Shown here: piece by piece, positions 26,268 through 34,482 of the stretch
Layout of the letters: each line of letters opens with the position of its first letter
Position numbering within the stretch: the stretch's first letter is position 1
Origin: Nitrososphaerota archaeon
GTDB lineage: Archaea; Thermoproteota; Nitrososphaeria; Nitrososphaerales; CADDZS01
Reading direction: 5' to 3'
DNA: 37,966 bases
Assembly (NCBI GenBank): GCA_027886795.1
Contig: JAPCJU010000001.1
Coordinates: 1-37,966, forward strand
The notes under the pieces: model-generated
Databases searched by the model: none
Told to the model about the DNA's origin: nothing
Seen by the model: the letters and a program-made list of their open reading frames with translations, nothing else
Translations under genes and position numbers: made by a program

Positions 26268-26960
26268 TTGTCATTATCGTATGGTAACACAGAGATTGAA
26301 ACTCCGCTTCATCCTTGGTTACCACGTGGGATTAAGACAGACAGAATCCTTCGAATCTTGCTAAACAACCCAGACGGAGCGCTTACTAGATACAGAATAT
26401 CGATATTAGCCGAAGTTCAACATATTCAAGTGAGCTTACTCCTCAAACAGTTCGAATCAAAGGGCCTGGTCAAAGGCACAAGAGTAATTGATTACCGAGG
26501 ACTAATGACCGAGTGGGCAAAACGCAAAGTCAAATTTCAATCTCAACGCTACATGCACAAAGGAATTCTGGATTTTCTAAGAAGAACTAATCTGAGGTAT
26601 GCATTAACCACGTATCAAGCTGAGACACTGGTAAATCATTATCTCTTTCCAACGAAGATAGAGATGTATATTGACCGCCTCGATTTCGAAAAGTGGCATG
26701 ACGCACTGGTCGCATCACAAGCGATGGTAGGCGGTGGAAATGTCGTACTCAGACTGTATGATGGGGGAGTCTTTTACAAATCCTTTGACGTGAACGGCTA
26801 TCATGTCGTTTCAATTCCACAGATAATTGTGGATCTTATCAGAGAGGGCGGCGTAGCCTACCAAGCAGCTGATATGTTATTGGGAAAGCAACAGACCGCC
26901 CAAGCATCCAAAAACATAGGAGGAAAACGTCCGCATGTCTCAGATGTACAGCGATCATGA
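26268..26960 (+). CDS. AbiEi-like antitoxin/transcriptional regulator (wHTH + C-terminal domain)
   Basis: wHTH-like ILRILLNNPDGALTRYRISILAEVQHIQVSLLLKQFESKGLV. C-terminal GYHVVSIPQIIVDLIREGG matches the AbiEi pattern (G..vvs.eqtl.DL). Overlaps the downstream NTase gene by 26 nt. Confidence 0.55.
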   Translation: MSLSYGNTEIETPLHPWLPRGIKTDRILRILLNNPDGALTRYRISILAEVQHIQVSLLLKQFESKGLVKGTRVIDYRGLMTEWAKRKVKFQSQRYMHKGILDFLRRTNLRYALTTYQAETLVNHYLFPTKIEMYIDRLDFEKWHDALVASQAMVGGGNVVLRLYDGGVFYKSFDVNGYHVVSIPQIIVDLIREGGVAYQAADMLLGKQQTAQASKNIGGKRPHVSDVQRS

Positions 26961-27732
26961 GACTGCATACTCCAGACGATATCTTAGCACTCTTCTTAGA
27001 GCGGTATCTCAACCCCCTTGTCTTATGGGAGGCTGGGCCGTCCAACTTCAATTGAATGATCAATTCAACAGTTCGAAGGGACGGGAATATCTGGGCTCAA
27101 GAGACATAGATCTTGGGTTTCATCTCGACCCAAACTGGACCGCAAAAGAGTTCCAAACTTCCGATTTCTACAGAACAATCAAAGCAATCAAGAAACTGGG
27201 ATTTGAAGAGCAATCCTTCAGATTCGTAAAGCACTATCACTGGGATTCGAATCAGGAGCTTAGCATTGAAGAGGCAAGAGAACTTGATTCATACCAAATG
27301 TTTGATCTCTTTGTTGACCTCGCTGTAGACACTGCCGATCCAAGAAGAATCGATTTAGTTGGGTCAAGTGTCATTGACGAGCCCTTGCTCAAGACGGTCT
27401 TCCTTGGAAAAGAGCGAATATCAGCGAAGTTCTATGGGACTGATATAATCATGCCAACTCCCAGATTGTTGATCGAAATGAAATTGAAGTCATTTCCGGA
27501 TCGAACTCAAGATGATAAGAAAACAAAAGATCTCGCTGATATTTGCGCGCTGATGTTGTATACGCAGCCAGAACCCTTGACATTAACAGCTAATCAAGAC
27601 ACTAGATTGCTAAAGGAGAATTTCGAAAGAGGAATGGAAACTCTTGCTGAGGAGGAATGGGACAGAGTCGGAATGATGCTAGATGAGAGTAGAGCGGATC
27701 TAATTAGACTTCTCAGATTAAACATAGTTTGA
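26935..27732 (+). CDS. AbiEii/AbiGii-like nucleotidyltransferase toxin
   Basis: GGWAVQLQLN ... GSRDIDLGF matches the NTase motif (GG.al...R.t.DiDl). Size is about 265 aa. Paired with an upstream wHTH gene. Confidence 0.6.
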   Translation: MSQMYSDHETAYSRRYLSTLLRAVSQPPCLMGGWAVQLQLNDQFNSSKGREYLGSRDIDLGFHLDPNWTAKEFQTSDFYRTIKAIKKLGFEEQSFRFVKHYHWDSNQELSIEEARELDSYQMFDLFVDLAVDTADPRRIDLVGSSVIDEPLLKTVFLGKERISAKFYGTDIIMPTPRLLIEMKLKSFPDRTQDDKKTKDLADICALMLYTQPEPLTLTANQDTRLLKENFERGMETLAEEEWDRVGMMLDESRADLIRLLRLNIV

Positions 27733-27992
27733 AACACATTTTTAGATGCATTCAGCTAGTTACTGGGGGCACATAAGACAAAGTCATTGAATCGAAAGAT
27801 GGCAAGAATCAGATTTTATCCAATCTGTACAAAATCGAAGCATTGAGGGGCTACTTTTCATTTTCACACTCCGAAAAAAGACTTAGTTTGCAGCCTGGCG
27901 ACGGTCGCGATTCTTGAGACAACGGAGACAGTCACGATTATCGCAACTCTCGGAGAAGGGCATCACTAGTGTTTCGAGATTCGTAATATTAA

Positions 27993-28481
27993 CTAAGTCA
28001 ATGGCTGTCTCCTGGCGGCGGTCTTCCCGCGAGGGATTATTGACCTAATGAGACACTGAGTCATTTCCTTTCCAATGACACAACTTGCATCATCCTGACC
28101 CTCATTCATTCTGTGAGCGACTGTAATTGCATCCGTATTGGAAAATTTGGCAACGCCAGACGTGGGATGAGTATGCATTGAGATTTGTCTATGTTTTATT
28201 GGACACACTCTCCCTAGAGGAAGAGTTGTTTCAGTCGCCGACCCAACCTTGCCTAAAATCAATTTGTTCACAGAGCCTGTTCCCGGATCTACACAAGCGT
28301 AGGCACTGATTTCCCTACCTATATTCTCGCTCGCATCATAAAGCTCCTCAAATGATTCCATGAACCCCTTCGCGCAAGGCCCGGTAATCTCCAAGCCTTT
28401 CACAGTGAATTCTACGCGGCAACTATTTTTTTCGTAACCATTCAACATGACCATTGCATAGAGAATATCTCTAATAAGCAT
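27993..28481 (-). CDS. JAB/MPN-domain metalloprotease
   Basis: ISMHTHPTSGVAKFSNTD reads as a JAMM-type H-x-H ... S-x-x-D motif, with 8 rather than 7 residues in between. Confidence 0.55.
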   Translation of the reverse strand: MLIRDILYAMVMLNGYEKNSCRVEFTVKGLEITGPCAKGFMESFEELYDASENIGREISAYACVDPGTGSVNKLILGKVGSATETTLPLGRVCPIKHRQISMHTHPTSGVAKFSNTDAITVAHRMNEGQDDASCVIGKEMTQCLIRSIIPRGKTAARRQPLT

Positions 28482-29522
28482 TCGATTTTCTAAAAGCGTG
28501 ATTCTTTCAACGAATTCAAAACTGAGGCGAGCCCATCTACTTCGCGTGCTGCACTATTCGTATGATGAGCGTATGAGCTACTAAAGAGAAATCTCTCCAG
28601 AGCGAAGGCACTATCCAAATCGTCCCGGACACATGTTCTCCTTTTCACCTTTTTACATTACGACGAGAGGCTACACTACTTACATGAATAAGCCTGCGAA
28701 GGTGTAAATGACGGTATCCTGATTATCATAGGTGGCATAATCGCAATTTCTCTGTCGGTTGCGATTAGATTCCGTTTTTGGTATCTCGGTTGGATAGTTT
28801 GCTAGCAGGGCAAAACTACTATGATGCCACCATCATTGGAAAATTCAATCTCGGTGTTTTTGAGTGCGATCTGAAACAATTCTTCTGATCGTGCATTTCT
28901 GAGACTCGGTATTGGAATAATAAAATTCGAGCTTCCTCGATTATTCGACCTCAATGCTGGTTATGGAAACTCAGTTAGTCCTCTAGTTTTTGTCGAGCTT
29001 CTCCTTCTCCCGATTTATCTCCCCGTGTTTATGACGGGTTTGATTTTGGAGCAGGTTGCGGAACTCGCGTTTAGGAACCCAGATGAAGGCGGTCAGGGTT
29101 TGTCGGATATTCTATCGGCAGTAATCTAGACAGCAGGGTTGCCTAATTTATTCAAGAAGCAGAAATAGATTATACTGAGCTCGGACAAGCGGATTCTCAG
29201 CTCGCTTGTCAAGGAAAAGCTTTCTGTAGTACCAGTTGAAATCTTGAAGGAAGATTTCGAGTACGCCTTTGGGAAACCGATGAGCGAAGCGCTCTCAAAG
29301 TTTTCAAAGTATGTCGAAGCAATTCACTGTTAGGCGCTTTACTATTTGCAGTTTGTGAGGTGCTAGCCATGAGCTTCGTAAGGACAGTTACAAAAGGCTA
29401 AAACTGTATCACTGCCATCAGATTCTTCATACAAGAATCAATCTGTGTGTGCGTGCTATTAATCTGAATTTGGTCTCCATAAGACCAAAAACATTGGCGG
29501 AAGCAGAAAAACCCTACTCGAA

Positions 29523-30077
29523 TTGAACTCGAAAACCAAAGGCCTACTGATACTCAGTTTGGCGATTATTGTTATTGCCAGTGCTACAGTATTCGCGATT
29601 AACGCGGAAAATCCTTGTACGTTTAGTGTTTGTAGCGCTGCCGTTAAGAACGTTACAATCTCATCAGCTTTCCTCTATGGAGGTTTCGCGGGATTCTCCT
29701 CTAATCCAATGAAATTAGCAAGTCTCTGGATATCTTTGGATGATCCCGGTGCAGCAACGTACATTACTTCGATAACCTTGTCAGGGTGGACTAAAGCGGA
29801 AGGAGCAAATGGCAATACCAGCCAGGTTATGATTACAACTTCGACTTCAAATACGAGCATCGTAATCACGAACTGGCAGACCAATTCAAAGTCGACGAAT
29901 ACAATTGATTTCTCAGTTCAATCTCCTGCAAATGCTATTGCCACTTCCACCGTGAGTCATTTCATTTATTTTCCCAGAATGGATCCTCCGTTGAATATTA
30001 CGACAGGTCAGATGTGGAGTTTTGTTATTGACTTAGCTAACGGCCAATCAGAATCGGGCTGGGTCTTTGTTCAGTAA
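29523..30077 (+). CDS. secreted or pilin-like small protein
   Basis: N-terminus NSKTKGLLILSLAIIVIASATVFA (basic residues, then Gly, then a hydrophobic helix, as in a class III/type IV-pilin-like or ordinary signal). Ser/Thr-rich with N-x-S/T sequons. TTG start. Paralogue at 1769-2056. Confidence 0.5.
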   Translation: MNSKTKGLLILSLAIIVIASATVFAINAENPCTFSVCSAAVKNVTISSAFLYGGFAGFSSNPMKLASLWISLDDPGAATYITSITLSGWTKAEGANGNTSQVMITTSTSNTSIVITNWQTNSKSTNTIDFSVQSPANAIATSTVSHFIYFPRMDPPLNITTGQMWSFVIDLANGQSESGWVFVQ

Positions 30078-30136
30078 GCTAAACAATATCGAAAACGACA
30101 AAGACTTATTACCAACTGTATTGACCCTAACGCGCC

Positions 30137-31063
30137 ATGGGTCGAGTTCGGGTTATTATTTTACCTCTTATGCTCATTCTACTTATGTCGTCTGCGTTTG
30201 CAGCGACCAGTTTCGCGGTTACACAAAATTGGAATGTCTATAATGGGAATGGCGCAGTGCAATATGGTGAATGGGCTAGATTTTCTGAGGATTCCAAAGG
30301 AGTCACCACTTCTGATAATGGCTATGACGCTCAATTCAATATGATTGTCAACGGGCAGTCAATTGGTTCAGCTGGAGTGTGGTGGTTCCAGATAGAGCTG
30401 AGATTCAAGACTATAAGTCGTATATGCTCGCCCAATGTAATGTGCTGGGTTGATGGTGTTTTGGAACAGTGGTCAGGAAATCAGTTTCACCTGAACAGTG
30501 TGGTGCGTAATCAATGGCTCAGCCAGTACATTAACACCGACCATACAGAAGGAGCGAATCAGCTCTCGGTCTTTGTTTTCATACAGGTGACCCTCGTAAG
30601 TGCTACCAATCTTCAAGTGCAGGTGGTGATAAAGAACCAAGATACCGGTGATACGTATCTATCCAAAAGCTGGAATCTGGCAGCATCTGGTGAGCCAATA
30701 TCTTCGATTCAACAAGCAGAGGGAATTGCTGTTTGCAATCCGTATCTTGGAGGTTCTGCATGCAATGTTAATTTTAATGGAGCAACAGGTGCTACTGAAT
30801 TCGGAGATCATTACACTCCGTATCTCGATATCTGGACAACGACAAACATCGCCATGAAATGTGGCTCTGCTGGTAGCATTTCCGCAGAGACTTCTAATCT
30901 TGTCGAGACGCCAGCACAACCTACTAATTGTATCACAGAGCCCTATTCAGGTGGGTATCTAGCGAACGCCCAATTTACGCAGACCATCGGCACTGGGTGC
31001 CCTTGTGAAAATCCAACACCACCGAGTGGACCTGAAAGCAACAGCACAGACGTGCCTACATAG
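30137..31063 (+). CDS. secreted protein
   Basis: Signal peptide MGRVRVIILPLMLILLMSSAFAATSFA. Cys-containing, with a Pro/Ser/Thr-rich tail. Confidence 0.55.
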   Translation: MGRVRVIILPLMLILLMSSAFAATSFAVTQNWNVYNGNGAVQYGEWARFSEDSKGVTTSDNGYDAQFNMIVNGQSIGSAGVWWFQIELRFKTISRICSPNVMCWVDGVLEQWSGNQFHLNSVVRNQWLSQYINTDHTEGANQLSVFVFIQVTLVSATNLQVQVVIKNQDTGDTYLSKSWNLAASGEPISSIQQAEGIAVCNPYLGGSACNVNFNGATGATEFGDHYTPYLDIWTTTNIAMKCGSAGSISAETSNLVETPAQPTNCITEPYSGGYLANAQFTQTIGTGCPCENPTPPSGPESNSTDVPT

Positions 31064-31408
31064 CAACATTTGGCTTGCTATGTGGGTAATAGACTTCTTA
31101 GCTAGTAAGAACTAGAATTGAAAATATCGTTTCAAAAATTACCGAAAAGGGAAATAGGGCACTGAAGGAACAACAAAACAATGTGAAGTAGAGCTACCAT
31201 CGATTCTTCGATGACTCGCACCAATTAGCATTATCTCATTAGAAAATAGTCTCCTCAACTTGAAAGAGTTGGTACAACGACACGAATACATGGATGTCGT
31301 AGAGTCCGCATAGTTAGCTAACCGAATCCTCTCCAAAGTTAGAAAGCTCGAAAGTGGCAGATCAGCGGTGATTCTTTTTCTGGTGGTACTGAGTTACACG
31401 TCAATAGT

Positions 31409-32464
31409 TCAAGCGTTGGGCAGAGCTAGTACTCCGCCGACGACTCCGAATATCGCACCAATGTAAAAGCCCCCGTCCTGACTAGACTCACGATCGAAAT
31501 GCCAGTACGATGATTCCGAATGTTTTCCTTGCGGCAAGTCTTGATTTCATAAGAATTGCGAAAATGAGAACCAATAATCCTGACACCAGTCCGATCGATT
31601 CCAAGCCTGCCATCTTCCATAGAATCCAGTTGAATAGTAGTTCTTTCCGTAATAGTTACCGAGTGGGATGGCCCATACGTGAATGTATTTGCATTCCAAA
31701 ATTTATGACCGCTAGTGTAATGCATCCCAATCGTCGCTGTTGTCCCCTCGTCCATCGCGTTCGTTGCAATTTTATCAAGTCGTGTCAATGACGGGGGACC
31801 GCTAGCCGCATACGCGAAACCGGGAGCGATGGCCATAGTTCCAATTGGGTAAGTGGAATTTTTAACTTGAGCAAATACACCCGCGTTTGCCAAATCCTCA
31901 CCACCCAATCCCGCTGCTACACTTGCTTCCAGAAGTGCACCAGGTGAGCTGACAAGTCTACCGCTCTGAGAAGTTCCACAAGCTATCCATCCGATGGCTT
32001 CAGAAAGTCGTTTGGTCGTCGAAGGAGAATGACATGTCTGAATTTTTCGAAAAGTCACTTAGCTGGTACCATATCTCGTCTGTATTTTTCCAGCCCGATG
32101 GAATGGCGAAAAAGGTGCCGCAATACGCTGAGCAACTCGTAGAAGTGATCATGTACTCATAGAAGAGACATGTCGTCTGCTTACGGCATGTGTAAGTTTT
32201 GTTTCCCGTCTTGACGCCTACAGATTCGCCGTTAATGAAAATTCCATTCTGCACAAAGGAATTTGAAGCTCCAGAGGATTCCCAAAAAAATAGACCGTGG
32301 GAAGGACCAGTGCCATTCGTGAATAATCCCGTCTCGTGCATTTCGATACCATCATAGCCAGATGGACAATACCCATTTGGACAGTCTATGTTGAATCCGT
32401 AAAACCACAGCACTGAGATGCTTAAGCAGAATGAAGGCGGCTCTAGCGGAGTTGAAGGCGCCAA
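31409..32464 (-). pseudogene. secreted/anchored protein gene fragmented over three frames
   Basis: ORFs 32000-32464 and 31426-32058 overlap in different frames. A third frame at the 3' end encodes SSQDGGFYIGAIFGVVGGVLALPNA (stop 31409-31411), a typical C-terminal TM anchor. Confidence 0.4.
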
Positions 32465-32641
32465 ACCCAGCGTCAGTTGTTGCGTTGGCGCTGCTGAAGT
32501 ACAAGTTGTTTTTAGTAAATTTACTTTTGAAACCGACTTAGAGTTCCCAAAAGCTAGGTAGGTAGCTCTCCGAGAATTAGTGACGAAATGCGGGCCCTTA
32601 ATCTACGAGTTCTTAGCCAGATCATTTCAATAGCTGAAGCT

Positions 32642-34048
32642 TCAAGCAAACTTCCCTTCCTCAATTCTTTTCAGCTTCTCCAGGAAGGCGGGATCTTTCA
32701 GCCAGGTGAGCTCTTTCAGGAACGCATAATCTTTCTGCTGCTCTCTCATTTCCGCCAGATCCTTATCGACTTGAGTCTGGTTCTTGAGCTTCGACTCAAG
32801 CTCTTGTATTTTCTTCTCCATCGAGTGCGAGACCCTTTCCTCATTGCAAATCAGGGCCTCGACCTTCAAGTACTGATCGCGAAAGTGTTCCGGTGAGGTC
32901 CAGGGTGTCTTGTCGTAACCCTCATCGTCGATGTTGTGCCCTATGAAGAAATCCGCGACGGGCCCATCGACCCCAGCTACCCTCGCGCTCGTCTTGAATG
33001 TGTCCCTGAACTCGTGCGCGTGTATACGGTAAATCCTCGTCCCAGGCACATGTTCCTGGACGCCCGAGCGAAAAGAAGATTCCCTGACGGTCTTGTTGAC
33101 GTTCTTTTCCGTAACCGGAGTCCTAATGTTCGTGATGAAAATCGGATCAGAAATCAGCCTTCCATTTACGGTCCTCACCTTAATGTCGGAGAGCATGATC
33201 TGTTTTCTGACCGGTATCCAGTGTTGCAGGCATTTGAGGGCCTTAGCCGGAAGGAAGTTGAAGTAGTCGTACTGCGTCTTGGAGCGGGTCATGTCTATCC
33301 TTATGGGAGCTCTGGAAAGATCCCAGAACTCCGGGTCCGAGCCGCCGAGCTGCTTTAGGATCTGCGGCCAAGCGTAGTAGTTGAAGCACTCTACAAAAGT
33401 ACTCTCGTCCAGGCCGAGCGTCGCGCATATCGCCATGATCGCCTTGTCTCTTATCGGGGTCCTCCCGTCCTCGATGATCGTCCAGTACTCCGCCGGTCTT
33501 ACGAAGCTCGAAGCCCTTGCGGTGCCCGAGTTGTCTATCATCTCGCGGCTGAAGACGACCTTCTCTGAGGGGAGCTCGCAGCGGTTCTTCGCGTATAGAG
33601 CTCTAACGGCGACGACTATCGCGTCCTTGTAGCCCCTGGACCCCTTGAACGAATTCACGTAGCTCGTCAGGAGGTCGAGATGGCGGAAGCGTCTCTCCTC
33701 CTGGTCGCCGCCCTTTCTCTTCACATCCTCGATGAGCGCAGTCGCGTCGGAAAAGTAGCCGTTCTCTCGGAGCCAGCAGATGTAATTCCAGTTCCTTCTC
33801 AGGCGGTGGCCCCGCGTTTTCTTGGAGGCGGTCTTTGAGATCATTACCTGGACGTATTGGTTTTTCTCGAATTCGTCCAACCCTTCCGTCCGGTGAAAAG
33901 TCTCCCTTCTGTAATCGAGGGCTCCGGTGAATTTTCTGATCTCGAATAGGTAGCTACCGATGTAAGAGGGCTTGCGCCCTAAAGCTTCTGCCACCTCGTT
34001 TGTAGTGAGCTCCTTCCTTCCGCTGTACCCGCTTTTCAGTACGTCCAT
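32642..34048 (-). CDS. tyrosine recombinase/integrase
   Basis: Catalytic region RIHAHEFRDTFKTSARVAGVDGPVADFFIGHNIDDEGYDK follows H-x-x-R ... H ... Y. Lies 158 nt from the 3' end of a co-oriented tRNA gene. Visibly higher G+C than its surroundings. Confidence 0.85.
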   Translation of the reverse strand: MDVLKSGYSGRKELTTNEVAEALGRKPSYIGSYLFEIRKFTGALDYRRETFHRTEGLDEFEKNQYVQVMISKTASKKTRGHRLRRNWNYICWLRENGYFSDATALIEDVKRKGGDQEERRFRHLDLLTSYVNSFKGSRGYKDAIVVAVRALYAKNRCELPSEKVVFSREMIDNSGTARASSFVRPAEYWTIIEDGRTPIRDKAIMAICATLGLDESTFVECFNYYAWPQILKQLGGSDPEFWDLSRAPIRIDMTRSKTQYDYFNFLPAKALKCLQHWIPVRKQIMLSDIKVRTVNGRLISDPIFITNIRTPVTEKNVNKTVRESSFRSGVQEHVPGTRIYRIHAHEFRDTFKTSARVAGVDGPVADFFIGHNIDDEGYDKTPWTSPEHFRDQYLKVEALICNEERVSHSMEKKIQELESKLKNQTQVDKDLAEMREQQKDYAFLKELTWLKDPAFLEKLKRIEEGKFA

Positions 34049-34206
34049 TATCTTTTCGTAGATCGTCGCGTTCTGCCAAAAACGGCCAACCTTTCCTTCG
34101 GGTCTTTCGAGCTCCTTTACAAAGTACCAGCGGTTTCGTTGCAGCGTGTTAAGTCGACCAGGAACGAGTCGTAGCTGCGGGCCTTTTTATGTGTAAGAGT
34201 CGTAGG

Positions 34207-34347
34207 CGGGCCCGGTGGGATTTGAACCCACGACCTACAGCTATCTCTGCATAGCGGATAGGAGGATCGACGCTTCCTTTTACACTGCCGCGCTATCCAT
34301 GCTTCGCCCTATAGGTTGTTCCCCGAATAAGACTGCGCTACGAGCCC
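34207..34347 (-). tRNA. tRNA gene with intervening sequences (anticodon unresolved; one parse gives CCU/Arg)
   Basis: On the minus strand: acceptor GGGCTCG/CGGGCCC, D stem GCGC/GCGC, anticodon stem GCAGT/GCTGT (two G-U pairs), variable loop AGGTC, and T arm GTGGG-TTCAAAT-CCCAC. The gene is 141 nt, so about 65 nt must be removed. This includes about 31 nt in the D loop and 35 nt within the 42 nt between the anticodon-stem strands. Confidence 0.7.
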
Positions 34348-34482
34348 ATTCGAAACTCGCTATCTCGAATCGCGATTTATTGTCATCGCTTGAAGCTTCT
34401 CATTATGTTTTCAGAAATGTACCAATCAACTTAAAGTCAAATTTTGGAAATTAGGCCCAATATTCCTGTGTAGTGTATCTTC

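Noticed and set aside
27883-27963. 26-codon minus-strand ORF (MPFSESCDNRDCLRCLKNRDRRQAAN) 30 nt downstream of the JAB gene
   Set aside because: It is very short with only 3 Cys and no recognisable motif or RBS. ORFs of this length arise readily by chance. It is worth checking only if it is conserved.
32588-33632. Plus-strand ORFs 32588-32896, 32936-33358 and 33381-33632 (and minus-strand 33243-33428) within the integrase gene
   Set aside because: They are antisense or alternative-frame ORFs made possible by the high G+C of this segment. The 468-aa minus frame carries the tyrosine-recombinase catalytic motifs.
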